The position numbers were made by a program, and so were the translations under genes. Shown piece by piece: positions 12,391-25,400 of a DNA stretch of 64,000 nucleotides. How positions within the stretch are numbered: the stretch's first letter is position 1; each line of letters begins with the position of its first letter. The stretch is from contig DF237325.1 of assembly GCA_000708835.1 (NCBI GenBank), positions 26,203 to 90,202 of the forward strand, given 5' to 3'. The stretch is from Klebsormidium nitens. Its lineage: Eukaryota > Plantae > Klebsormidiophyceae. Below the pieces are notes generated by a model. It was not told where the DNA came from and made no database searches. It saw only the letters and a list, made by a program, of their open reading frames with translations.

Positions 12391-12545
12391 CTTCAACCTA
12401 GCGGGGCCATGAGGAGCGACTCCTGGGTGCGCTTCGACGTCAGGTCAGTGCCGCAGTCGTTTGTTTCCGTCTCGGAATCCGTGCTTGTTCCCGTTGAGAG
12501 AATCTGCTTTTAGTCCCGACCCCGAAGCTGCTTCTAGCTTCGTGT
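12391..12545 (+). pseudogene. Decayed duplicate of the PI4K exon-3 end and the following intron
   Basis: agcggggccatgaggagcgactcctgggtgcgcttcgacgtcaggtca (12400) vs agcggggccatgaggagcgactcctgggcgcgcttcgtcaggtca (2088); downstream gtcccgaccccgaagctgcttctagcttcg resembles gtcctgactccaaagctgcttttcagtttcg (about 2187). Confidence 0.85.
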
Positions 12546-12789
12546 TGAACAAGGACTCGTACATTCCAAGCTCCTTTCAAAACTTAAATTGTCATTGATT
12601 GTATGCCCGTTCGTAGCGTGCTCGACCGTTGTTTCTCGTCGTCGTCTATATTCCAATCTGAGTCTTCATTTCAAGACTGCTGGTACCTTCGATTTTTCTC
12701 CAATTTATGGTAGCTCTGAGCCCCGGCATACACCTGCTTCCAAGCTTTCCTTAGGTGCTGCAAAAGAGTGAGATTGCATGTAAATTCAT

Positions 12790-12935
12790 CCCATGTTGTA
12801 AGCTTCCGCTTTGTTTGTCCGGCGCTCTTAGAGATTCGTTGAACCAACTGAGGCCGCAGCACGACTTTGTATCAATCTTGTTATTACGTTGTAACACAGA
12901 CCACATGCAACATGGCGGGCACTGCAGCATAAGCG
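12790..12935 (+). repeat. Decayed duplicate of the PI4K 3' flank (about 3085-3240)
   Basis: catgttgtaagcttccgctttgtttgtc...gattcgttg...cagcacgactttgtatcaatcttgttatta vs catgttgtaagctctccgccgctttgtttgtc...cattcgttg...cagcacgcattcggtattgatcttgttacta. Confidence 0.75.
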
Positions 12936-15457
12936 GCCCAATGCATGTATGCGTAAGACATGTGCGCTGCATACATGACATGTCGTACAGCGTATCACTG
13001 TGCAATCCGGCAAGAAAGCTGCTCAATGAGCGACAAACTTAAGACGGTCGTCGTTGAGTCGGCCATCAATCAGCTATACCGCCCACGCCAAGTTGGAAGG
13101 CTCGGTGCCGCGGAGGCCGCTTCGGCTGGCATGCCTGCCAAGCAATTTGACTGGTGCCATTGAGGGCGGGCAGTGAGGGACACCTTATACGCGCACGATA
13201 TAATACTCCTGCCAAATTTGCGAGGTACTAGTGGTGTCCAAGTCAGATGAATAGTACTTTCTAGACAAATACTGATCTTTCAATGAGCCCAGCTTAAAGT
13301 GCAAGAACAGATTTGACACAATTCAGCCCTAAATCCCCATCGTTTACCTGCTCCTTACCTGTGCCCACCCTATACTGACACCCCCTTCATTTCTTACCAA
13401 CCCGTCCAGGCAGCATGTTCTGGTTTAGTGTTTTCTTTGATGTACTACATTCCACAAACCAACTGGGCATTCAAAGCTGCGCTGCGAAGTGCCGGAAACA
13501 GCTGCGCCGCCAGCTGCAATACAGCTAGCCCTACGATGGATGTATGCTGACAGATTGAAACAAGAATCAGCTCGTAGGATACACTCAACTCTAGAATCCT
13601 CCTGTTGCAAATACATTAGTTCTTCATCTCAGGATTGAGTATACTTAGATGCATGGTTGACGGCGAACATGCACATGGAGACACAACCCCCGCGACAGCT
13701 TCCCTGCACAAAAATGGCAATAGGGGGAAAAGGGATTGTTTTTGGAAGCGGCCAGGACTGTCTTACAGACTTCGTCCCGTAGCAGGCAACGCAACCCGCG
13801 CAAGGACGCATCCTGCGGAGATCCCGGGCTCGATCAGTCGTCGTTTCGGTTGACTGCTTCGATTCTCCAAGGGTGTGGCAACTCGACCACTCCGCCAACT
13901 CAAAACGTGGAAGTGGGGGATTCCATGTAGATGTACATAGTGGTTACGTCCCCATTACGTCCCACTGCAGAGAATAGACCCGAAAAATAATTTGTGTGCA
14001 GAAATCAACTGCCTAATTTGGTCGGTTCGACGATTCATCGGTTGAGACCACCGGTTAGTGTTGTTCACGGTCTCTTGTCCAAAGAAAGACGAGGTTGCAC
14101 TCCCTGCCAGGCTTTTGTGGGGGGCCCCTGTTGGGGCGACATTCTGGAAAAAGGCGCCCGGGGAAGGGTGTGCGGTTAGTGTGTCGGTTAGGGTAGAATC
14201 AAGTGCGGAGGGCGACGGTCCCCAGCACTCCCTCAATATGATATCAGTGTGTGCAGCAACCGAATACACATTTATCGACGGCTAGGAATCTTCAGGAACT
14301 TTCATCGACGACCGTCATCGCAGATATCGCACGCCGGTCCAGCATTCTACATGCAATGCTGCTTCTGCACAGCAGATCAAAATGCACAGGTAAGAAGATT
14401 GAGTGCCCTGAGGTTCAGTAGCTGTCCTTCTGCTTGGAGCAGCTTCTAATTTTGTGCCCGCCTGTAGGTAGTTTCCTGAGTTCCTGGCCTGCTCCTGGCA
14501 GGCTACCATCGCTGCTCATTGACGGGACGCAGCTTTGAAACAGCAATCTGCACGATGGAGGAAGGCAGGGGCACTCCCAACAGTGGTTTTGATGAGGCTG
14601 TAAATGAAGACCTTGAACAGATCCAGGTCAGGGGAAAATCTTAAATTGAAACATGCTGCATGTCGCAATGGAGACTGTTGGTCTGATGGAAGAGACGGCA
14701 GCTGACTGCAACATTGTGACAAATCAAGACTGGCTTGCTGCAAATTGGTGGCTTTGGAAGTTGCGTGGAAGTCCTGTGACAATCTTGACGCGTCTTCATG
14801 GCTCAGTGAGGCTTAAGCGGATTGTAGCTCCTGCAAGGTACATACAATTGCCGGCCATATCAGACTCCAAAGGAAGCAGAGGTAATGTGTACAGGACAAA
14901 AGTTGCAGTCTTTGAATATTTGACTGATAATGCAATCTGATTTCTCATCTTTTTAAATCCTTCTGACACCTATCGTCAGTATTGGTGCTGCAGGCGATGC
15001 TGGAGGAGAGCGGAAAAGAGTGCCACATCTCATTGGTGATTAACCACATTGGGACAGTTGGGAACCTGTTCCAATCTGTTGGTCCAAATGCTCGCAGCTG
15101 CCGGTAGGGCATCCTTCTCTTTTGTGTTGTCGGCTCTGCTATCCACCATGTCACTATTGATATCCTGCTGGTATCGATGCTCTGAACACTCACCCATGCT
15201 TAGGGAAATAGAGCTTGACTGTGATTGGCTGCGTGCCGCTGACGGCTTACTCGATCTGTCAGTCCTAAGGAAATGTGCAGATGAAAGAAGGCTGAGGGCA
15301 AAATCAATTGGTGACCACTTGATCTGTGCCCCTAGCTACATCAGTCTGGTCCATCCCACAATCTTCAATCCGTTCTGTCTGCATATGCAGCACATTTCCC
15401 ACCAGAACCAGAAGCCACACATCGGGTCTGGTGTCCACGGCATCTCAGACAGAGGAT

Positions 15458-17125
15458 ATGGAAGACGACCTCAACAGTGACATGAGAGAGGCCAAGCGCG
15501 TGAAAGAGGACGGCACGGGGGATAACATTGTAAGCTACATATTCCTGTTTGGGGGACGCGACAATTGATCGTTGATCAACGCAGTCCCAAAGAGCGAGGT
15601 TTGCATGATGCTGTGTGCTCAAGTTGCCAGCCTCTGTTGCTCTGGCAGTTTAAAGACCTCTTGCCAACGATTCCAGTCCCAATAAAAGCTGCAGGAAAGT
15701 GTGCTTTGTTGCCTGGCCAGTCATGTCTTTGCTGAGCCTGCGGTGGTGGTGTCTGAGGTGCTTCAAGTCCTTCCAGGGAGCCAACTCAAACCGACGCCGC
15801 AGCTTCCATGCACCAAGCGCTAGTGCAATAATATAAACCTGTTCACTTCTAAGTGCAGAGAAGTCAAGAGACCAAGCCTAAGCTTCCAGTTGAGATATCC
15901 ATGTCACTCCCTCCTGCCAGGTGGATGCGGCGGCCAGTCAAGAGACCCCCAACCCCGCCTCGGACGGCATTGCAGCAGACAGAGGCGGCAGCGCTTGCCG
16001 TAGCAGCCCCGCCCGTCCATCCCCCGATGCGGCAGGACTGCAGACTGCTTCCAATTCTGCAGAGCAGCAGAGCGGTCAGGACAAGCCTTCAGCAAGAAAG
16101 AAGGTGCAAAGCATGATAGTGCCCGGAGCCGGTGCGGTGATCCTTTGGAAGGAGAAGCACGGTGTCAGTCGGCCGAACAGCACAGGCAGTGAGCAGACCC
16201 CGGATGGAGCGACCACTCCGTTGAGTGGCGCACCGGGCGGTTCCAATGAGAATGGTGAGGCACACGTGTTGAAGAGCGCGGTGGGGCGCAAGCGGCGCCG
16301 CAGCGAGGTGCCGGAGAAGGTGCTGAAGGAGATCGAGGGTGGCGGCAACGTGGAGCTGAAGCTGCAAGGTGTGCCAAGTGCGAAGAAGGGTGTGAAGTGT
16401 CAAAGCAAGGAACAGGTAAGCACACGCACAAGCTGGGGCTCTGATGTGCCAAGAGCTGACATTCACCTGTAAAGCACACAGTGACACACGCTGTACAGAT
16501 CTATGATGCTACATTCCACAGTGGACATTTCTCTGACTTCGTGCGTGGACACTGGTTAATAAAGCCCTGACATCAACCGATACGTCCCTCGCTCACTGTT
16601 CCTTGCTGCACGCGAGAAGTCATGACGAACTTAATAGGGACGTTCGATTCTGTTCGATTTGAAAGACCCGACACCGCGTCCCTCCGAGAGACAGCCAGCA
16701 CGAGCAGTCATTCTCCTCGTGTGTCGATGGATCTGCACATTTTTCATATTTAAGGCGTGCACAGCTTCCGTGAGCTTTCGAGCGTCGCTCATCGCTGGAT
16801 CTGACGGCAACCGTCGGTGCTTGTGCAGGTTTCGCTCATCAGCGCCGGTGCAACGGCCGCCACGCCCACTTCGCCGTCAAAATGTCCAAACATGTCCGCA
16901 GACGCCATTTCACCAAAGCCCGCCACAGCTGCCCCGCAGCCAGATCATCTGGTCCCGGGGACCGCAGCGCGCCTGTCGACTTCGGAAGCGGCGCTCAGCA
17001 GGAAGAGCGCAGCGGCGCATGTGCCTGAGAGGAAAGATCAACGAAATAGGTCTCAAAAACGAGTTGTCCAAACATCAGAGCCTCCACAATGGAAGAGATT
17101 TATCCGCGTGCTCGAAGTAACGTAG
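15458..17125 (+). CDS. Hypothetical low-complexity/disordered protein with basic NLS-like motif; exons 15458-15529, 15921-16415, 16829-17125
   Basis: MEDDLNSDMREAKRVKEDGTGDNI/VDAAASQETP...GRKRRRSEVPEK...KEQ/VSLISAG...LEVT*. Canonical gtaag donors, cag acceptors, all phase 0; no domain recognised. Confidence 0.5.
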
Positions 17126-19292
17126 CTGACTTTAGCTGCAAAGTTGACCGGCGATTGATGCTGGAGTAGGACGAAACTTCGGTAGGAAAAGTAGTGCATA
17201 AGCAACTCGGCCAGAAGTGTTGGATAGGTCGATCCCAATATGGTGGACGAGTGAACGGACTACCGTAATGATTCATCGAGAAGCGGCGACCTCAGGCAAA
17301 GAGTCTCAGGGCTTGAATCAGATTGAGCAGTTGCTTTTAGGTTGCTTGATAACCGGAAGCAGGTCTGCGTAATGCTTTTCAACCGTTTGAGAGGCTCTTT
17401 AGCTTTCCATATAATCAAACGGAACCCAATAAGTCGACCTGCCATGCTCCTAATCTTGAATTTAATGAAGATCTTGCTCGCAATTCGTGGCGTGATCTAC
17501 CTAGGTTTCATGTGCCAAAGCCGCCTTCAAGCCCGCGACTTGGCAGATCATGGGATCGTCAATTAGCAGGTGGCCCCCGGCATGATCAGCCCCTCCGTGC
17601 TGCAGTAACCATAGACTCACCGGTAGGCATATGGCGTCCTTATTCTTATTTACGATTAATCTCATCTTCAATGTATACAGAACACTACTAGCAAATCGCT
17701 GTTGACGTCAAGCTTACGCCAGCTGACATTGATTGACTTGAGCTAGCTGGGGTGGCTGTATGCAGCAATTGGGCTCGCGAGAACCCGCTGAGGTGTCTTC
17801 TTCATTCAATCGGCAGTACCCAGTTACATATGGTATACAGACGGATATCAACCCGCGCAAGTGAACCAACGTCGCTCAGTCGAGACGGTTGGTTACTCGG
17901 TTTGCGTTAGTTCTAGCGTTCAGCACAATGGCGGGGAATGTCTTTCGCCCTTATATTACTTCGGCAGCTGGCATGAGCAGACGAATTATGCCAGCTGCCA
18001 AAGCAGCACATCAAATCTGGTGGTTTCATGTTCCGTAATCGGAATCCGTGTTGATACACGAGCATCCGACTATATAGATGTTGAAGCGGAAGTCATTGCC
18101 AGATGGCCACTTTCTGACAGCGAGCACCAACCAGACACCGACCAAGCAATTTCGTTGGTCACTTACCGATTGCACATCAGAGAAACGTATCCCTACAGAA
18201 AAGTGGAACTAGTCTCGCTCAATTTCTAGGTCAGGATGCCCACACACGTTCAATCTTATGAGAACCTCAGCCTTGCGCACGTATCTATTTACATGCCAAG
18301 ATGCGTAAATAATCGCACGTTAACTGCTGTGAGAACGTGAAGAAACTTCCTGGTACTTGATAGCACATTTCCTTATGTTTGCTCGCTTCTGCTTTAGCCT
18401 GATCTTTTTGAGAATCGTCGATTTCGGCTTTTGATGCTAAAAAGACGTAGGGCAACCTCATTACCTCTTGATGTGACTTTTAAGGCGGACTCGGTATCAT
18501 ACAAAGCACTCAAGAGCTTTCAATGCCCCCCCTGTCTTGCTGCCCAGACGATGGCATCTCGGTCAATGCTTCCGGCTGACATTTTGGACCTGCAACAAAA
18601 GAAAGTCAGGGGCGAGCGTGGGCTTGGAACACTAACCTGGGAGACTTATTTTCTGCAACTGAAATTTGCTGCCCTTCAAAGGAAAGCGTGAAGTTGGGAA
18701 TCATCAATCAACCTTCTTCTATGTGTGATTGAACAAGCCAAAAACCGCTTCACTGTACTGGCAAGGGTAGTGAATCAAAGACATCGTTGTAGGCGCTGTT
18801 TACCTACATCCCAGGCAATCGTACAAGTCTTTCTGAGACAATCTTGGGACAAAGACCAGCCACTTTGTCAACCAGTACCAAAGTGAGGGAAAGGTCGTCT
18901 GACCTCGTCGTATCTCTGACCAGCAAAGATGGTGGAAACAAGTGATCAGTGGACGATTGCCATCGAACACGAAAGGCTTAGAAGCCCCGCAACGGGGCAC
19001 CGTGCGACTGGAGCTGGATATCCCAAGGTTTCAAGGTTTTCTTGTGGACAGCTTTCAAAAACGTTTACCTTACAAGTACGACACTGGAACTGGCAGTGAA
19101 AGCCAGAATGCTAATGACGAACCTAACCTCTTCGGTCCTGCCAGGAAGCTCCTCTTGAACCACTAGTCGGACCACACAATTTCTGGCTTCCATACTCACA
19201 TCTGCCTCTTCATTGTTTGCCGGTGACATCTTCCATTGAACTCCCCTGCCACTATAAGATTTTAACGTCACTAATCACTTTACATTCTTAGC

Positions 19293-19904
19293 CTACTTCA
19301 CAGCCTTCAAAGTTACAGCATTCACCAAGGAGAATCTCATCCGCTTCCTCTGGCGTTTCCTTTGAAGGGCCGCGACCGAAAAATTGTAAAGATTGGACAT
19401 CTCTCCTGATAGATCCTTGTAATCCTCTACTGCCAGTCGAATGTCGTCTGCCTCCTCCTCTGAACGGTCATGGAGGTGAGTTTGTAGATTCGGATATAGA
19501 ATCCATGTGGTCAGAGCCCTAAACACGTGAGCTTCCAATGGTTTTGTAAAGCAGACCCATGAGGAGCAAGCCCCCAGTTTCTGGCGCTCCTCTTCGGTGA
19601 AATTGATAGTATCAATGAGGGCGATGTCTTTCAGTAGACCAGAGTAGCGCATGCACTTCTCTACCAGTGATTCCTTCAACCAGATTCGCGTTTGCATCTG
19701 GTTTCCTTCAGGATTCCAGGAGGCAACGCCAATCCAGGCTCCGTGTGCTTTCCATCGAGGATCTTCAATATCAAAAGCGTGACTCCTCGCTGCATCCTCT
19801 GCTAATTTCGATGTGTTTGGCAAGTCCTCTAACTGCAATGCGTGTAATCGCGGTATCACTGGGCTCGTCACCTCCCTACCTGCCGTGGTCTGCAGCCTCT
19901 TCAT
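19293..19904 (-). CDS. Intronless 203-aa ORF, possibly a divergent BTB/POZ-like fold
   Basis: Uninterrupted ORF with protein-like composition; TRIWLKESLVEKCMRYSGLLKD...PLEAHVFRALTTWILY loosely follows the BTB pattern. Not confirmed. Confidence 0.35.
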   Translation of the reverse strand: MKRLQTTAGREVTSPVIPRLHALQLEDLPNTSKLAEDAARSHAFDIEDPRWKAHGAWIGVASWNPEGNQMQTRIWLKESLVEKCMRYSGLLKDIALIDTINFTEEERQKLGACSSWVCFTKPLEAHVFRALTTWILYPNLQTHLHDRSEEEADDIRLAVEDYKDLSGEMSNLYNFSVAALQRKRQRKRMRFSLVNAVTLKAVK

Positions 19905-22493
19905 GCGTCCCTCGACTCAATCAAGAGCTGTTTGGTTAGCTGGCTTGCTAGGATACTCTCGGAGACGAGCTGGCTAGCGTCTCAATGACGTCGACGGGAG
20001 TTGTGCCAGCGCTTTGCCCAGTCAATGCAGCGCTTTGATGTTGCCTTTGATGGGTACGGGCTTATGAGAAGAGAACATGTTGCCACAGCTTGCCAATGCA
20101 AGCTCAGAGTCAGAGTCACAGTAAACTTCACAGTTACCTCACGTGGACAGAAAGGCGCAGGCCTTCTGCCTTCTGCCTTCTGCAATCTCTGCTCATGTAC
20201 TAGCTGCTACTAGTACATTTTTCATTCATTCATTCATACTTCTTAGAAGGCCGTAGCTTTCGCCATGGACCTATTGGGGGCCCGTACAGACATGTCACGA
20301 GTTCGATCCTCGAAATCGAGAAGCTACTCTACCACTAGACTACCACAATAGGGTTCACTTTTCGCAAATCACACTTCTCTCTAGCTGCATCTCAGGGGCA
20401 CAGTGCTCACTATCTAAGGAGTAGTACAGTAGCATGCTAGGTACTCGCTAGGTCTAATCACTAAATTGATGGCTACCTAGGATGCTGCTACATACTTAGA
20501 TGGTCTTGATGCGGCCCGCGTGTGAGAGTTGCGTGTGCGCTGCAGCGTCCCGGTAGTATGGTAGAGCTTCCCTTACAGACCGATTGTAAAAGACTCATGG
20601 CACGTCATTTGTACGGAAGGGCCGAGAAGGAAACATGGAGTACATGCACCAACGGGGCAGAAAGGGGGTTGGAAGCATTCCTTGAGATATCCATTTGCAT
20701 GCTGAAATCTCACACGACCGCTGTTGCTGAGCATAGAAGATTGCATTGCCCCTATAAAAAGCCTTTCCCGGTGCGCGCCTTTTTTCCATGCTGCGCCCGA
20801 CTTTTTGGGAAAGGGAAAAAGGTGGCCTACTGTGCAATCCCTTACATGTGGCTTCACTGGTAATCATGCGAGATCCCATTATGATCAAATAGATACAGAG
20901 AGTCCATAATGGCAAAACACGCATCCCACACTCGGAGCCAATTTGGGGACCAAATTGTCGAGTGCGCGGCAAAGCCAAGAACGCGTTTTTCGGTTTGTTC
21001 AAAGAACTATGCAACAGCGTGTATCAGTCCACAAGTGCCGTGTCCATCCATACAAGACATCCAACCTGCCTGGATCTCACCAACTTGAAAAGAACCTTTT
21101 TAAAAGGCTTTGTGGATACTCTCCGAGCGAGCCTGGCTATTGGTCGTGGACAAAAGGTCAACCAGACTGCTGCCAAAGGCACTTGCAGCGGCGGATGGTG
21201 GCATGTGAGAGCTCCAATCTATGGAGATCACGTATTCCTCAGAAGGGGCCCGGCCTAAAGGTTGCGGCGTGTACGACAGACGAGCGGCGACACAAGGTCA
21301 AACCGCCGTGAGGGGGCTCAAGTTCTTGGATGCTCGGGCAATGTTGAAGCGCCATGTACAAAAGACGAACGGTGACGCAAGGTCAAACCATCGTTAAAAG
21401 GTTGGTGTGTGATGAGCTTAGAAGACCTGCAAATAGGATGCTGAGCCACCAGGCGCAACGACGACGAGGTGCAGGTCTGCCAGGGTCCAAAGTGCAGCAG
21501 CTCAGCAGATCCATAAGCTGTCCAAAAGTGTCAGCTCAGCCTTCCTCCAAAGGTGTGACAGATTGAGGGCCAGAGCAAGCAAGCAGCAATGCTAACGTCA
21601 AGCAGATTGTACTCCAGGCAAAAGTGAGCAGAGACGGGCCCGTACGGCAAACAAAAAGCAAACTTCACAAGAACGAGTAGCAAAACTTAGCTCTGAGTCT
21701 TCAGGAGCCGGGTTGGCACATTCACGAGCGGCCTTGCTACTGTTGCTAGCCCTAAATCAGTTCAGCCCAGGTGGCAAGGTGACAATGGTGGCTTTCGAGA
21801 AGAGATTCAAAGGCAACACTGTCGCTGGCGAGCTCATTGAAAGGAGGGGGCTGTAAAGACCTGGTGTTGCAGCAAGCCTCTAGGGGCTTTTGAGCTTTCC
21901 GGGTGTGGACGAGTAGAACAATCACCATTGCACTCTTACATGCTGATCTCTCTATTACCGCCACTATAAAAGCAGCACCAGAGCAATGTGTGACAAGCTA
22001 GGAGAGAGCTACAAGAGGGTGGTTTGAGCTTGAATTTTGGAGGACGGACGAGGGAGATCTCAATTTCGCTGGTGGGAAGCCATTGTCGCCAGTGCTGGAG
22101 GAAGCGCCTATTCGCACGTGCGGCGTCCGATGCTCACAGCTTCCTCCATTCCTCCATGAGCAGAGTAAATACGACATGATGAACCTTGTGAAAAACGTTC
22201 TTTGTGCCGCCCGGTGGCGTTTCTCCAGCTGGCAGAGAAAGAGTGTCTGTCGTCATGTATTTATGCCTCGACAACCGGCATCGACCGGTTTTCCTTTCTT
22301 GGAGCAGTACGCGGCTGACACACTAGATCCTACTTACAGTACTTTCAAACACCTCTCTCAAGTCCATGGCCCTGGGGGACTCTGCTTCAATTTCAGTGTT
22401 GCTGGTTTCAGACTGAGCAAGCAATGCGCATGGTGCAAGCTGGGTGCAAGCTGCGCTAGCCTGAGCGGCAGAGGTGGCAGAGAAAGTCGCAAG

Positions 22494-25400
22494 ATGTCTT
22501 CCTCTTACGCTGCTTCTCTTCGCAGTGTGCAAGCCTTTGACTTTTCGAGGGGCGCTTCCGTCAGCAGATCAGAGCAGCTCAGGAATGGGGCCGCCAGGAT
22601 TCAAGTACTGCAACAAAGACATGGCTTTTGCAGGGGCAACTTCGGAGCTCTACTCCCCGGGGGCAGCTTTCAGGCAGGCAGCATTGGTCAACAGCAGTTT
22701 GTCTGTCCTCAGCTAGAGAAGCTGCAGCGTCGCAAGCAACCTGGCAGAAGGAGACAGCCAGTAAGGCACAAAGCAGTGGCAAAGGAAGGAGCCTCCTCCC
22801 CGCCGTACAATGTGGTCATCACAGGCTCGTCAAAAGGTGAGCGCTTTGACCCCGCTTTGCACAGACTTAGGTTGCGCACCGCACTGCACATGCAGCAAGT
22901 GGTGCATAAAATTTACGGTGACATAACATGCAGAGAGACATTGTAGCATATTGTACACTGGATGCGTTCAGCAGATTTTCATGTGGAGCGCTGCACAAAT
23001 GGGCTTCTCGTGCAATCAGCCATGGGACATAGACTCCCATATGATACAGCCCATTGTTTTTTCCTCTTCTTTGGGTTAGGTCCTTTGATCGGCGCACAGC
23101 GTATGTAGCTCAACTATTAATGGAATAACACTTAGGTTCTAACAGCAATCTTGACAGCTTCCCTCTCCTTCTGGAAATTGATTCTCCTCCTGACGTGTGC
23201 GCCAAATCCAGGCATCGGCCTTGCGCTCGCAAAGCAGTTCCTGGCCGCCGGCGATCGGGTCTGTTTGTGCGCTCGGGACACTTCGCAATTGGAGGCGCAG
23301 TGTAAGGAGTTTGAGAAAGAGTACCCAGGGCAAACGCTGGCGTGGGCAACGGACGTTACAAAAGCTGCGGAAGTGGCCGATCTGGCAAACTTCGCGAAAC
23401 AAGCGATGGGACACGTGGACGTGTGGATTAACAATGCGGGTGAGGCATGCAGGAGAGAGGCTATGTGCGAATAAGGCTGGGTCAGGACAGGCAAACATGT
23501 AGAAGGGCGCTCAGAGGATAAGCGGAAGCCTCTGTTCGGCAGAAGGAGCAGTACGGCAGCTTTTTGAATAAGAGGTTTCAGAGTCAGCTCTGTCTCAGAA
23601 TTTCGAGACTAGATCTTGAGCAGAAGCGCCAGCTAAAGCTGCAGTCCAGTCAAGCGTTTAGGAAGTTCAAGCCTGCGCTCTCTACGTGTTCAAAGAGGTT
23701 GAGGCCAGGAGTAGTGGCATCTTCTTCACCGAAGAGAGGGTCTTGCCTAGGCTGTGAGCCATCACCTGTCATCCAGTTCCAGCGGTCGATGTTAAGTTTG
23801 TCCGCGCAACCTTGATTGTTGCAGGGATTGACAATTCGCATTCATGATCTGATTGTTGAGCAGATCACGTAACTTGTTAAAGTCACCACGGGCAGCTTGC
23901 AAATTTTCCTCAACGCTCTTCTCTCCCCCCTGCCAGGGACAAATGCGTACACGTACAAGCCCCTGGTAGAGAACAGCGATGAGGACATTGAACAGATTGT
24001 TGCAACTAACACACTGGGAGTGATGCTGTGCTGTCGACAAGTGAGCAATCTCTCTACTCCCGGTTCTTCTGTGGTCATGCCTTGTGATGCATGTTACTCT
24101 TCATAATCTTTGGTTAAATACAGTGTCGGATCCAGATGTCAATGAGGCTGAGACCAGCCATTTGACTTTTTGGGTTCCAAGTTGCCAGCAGTCAAAGCTT
24201 CAAAGTCTATTACTGACATGGATGCATGCGAGAAAAACTGTCAATTTGTGAGCAGTCCTTGTTTTCGGCAATTTGCAGGCCATAAAGCTGATGCAAAAGC
24301 AGGGCTCCCGAGGCCACATCTTCAACATGGACGGCGCAGGCGCGGATGGAAACCCGACCCCAAGGTGAGAAGGCTGAGACTCATAAATCCCGAGATATTC
24401 AGGTGGCCCCGTGAAACTTCTCAGCACGATCCGAGCCTGGAATCACAGTTTGAGCTTCGAGCTGATATTTCGATAGGCCATCGAACACTGTGTAGCTGGA
24501 CTTCAATGTTTGTTGCAGAACAATGTCGACAAGCAGAGGTGAAAAGCAGGCACGGAAGAGGGCCTGCAAGGGATCGTCGGGCGTGCACGGGAGGATTGCT
24601 TCAATCCTTAGTTGGGAGAATGTTAACTAATTCTTCACGTATCTCCTAAGTCTTCTCAAAATCATCTTTTTAGAAAGACGTTGCTTTCACGACGGCTACT
24701 ATTTACTTCGGGGACACTCCCAGGAATCGGAGTCCTTGTCATGGATGAAGATCAGAGCTGAAAGATTATGGCTATTCGTACTTCGCAGATTCGCCGCCTA
24801 TGGGGCGACCAAGCGGGGCCTGGCCCAGTTCACCAAGTCGCTGCAAGCCGAGTTGAAATTACTAGAGATCTCAAACGTCACAGTACATAATCTCTCCCCC
24901 GGGATGGTCACCACCGACCTGCTCATGGCTGGCGCCGACAGGTAAGAGAGCGCCCGGCCAGATTGTACAGAACGGCTAGGGATGATGTTCAAATGCGCTG
25001 AGTAACACGTCCCAACGGTTGACGAAAGAGTAAACCGTTTTGATGGAGAATCAGGCGATGTGCCTTCATTGGCAAACCTGGGCTGAGTACCGTACCTCTC
25101 CCGTTGCTTCGTTGAGGTTGAGATAAATCTGCCTGTAGCTGTCAATCCTTTCCTCTCTGGTCGACAAAGCTCCGCACTGACCCATTTCCGCTGGCAATCT
25201 CTATCCATGTCTGGTTCGCCTCCTTCAACACCCGGTTTCCAGGGGAAGTGCCATCGTTGCCCGCGCTAAGTAGCCTCTCACGGCTCAAGTGTTGATAAGC
25301 TCCCTCCGCTTGTTCTAGGCAACAAGCCCGGTTCTTCATCAACGCCCTCGCGGAGCCCCCAGACGTGGTGGCCGACTTTCTGGTCCCGCGGATACGCGCT

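Noticed and set aside
17861-18229. 122-aa ORF with protein-like composition
   Set aside because: Non-ATG start, no recognisable motif and no clear splice partners.
18670-19372. Shared 15-mer gcccttcaaaggaaa (AALQRK) in inverted orientation at about 18670 and 19357
   Set aside because: Flanking sequences do not align, so an inverted gene duplication is not supported.
20522-21311. Overlapping plus-strand ORFs suspected to be a transposase relic
   Set aside because: No DDE, zinc-finger or RT motif could be identified in any frame.
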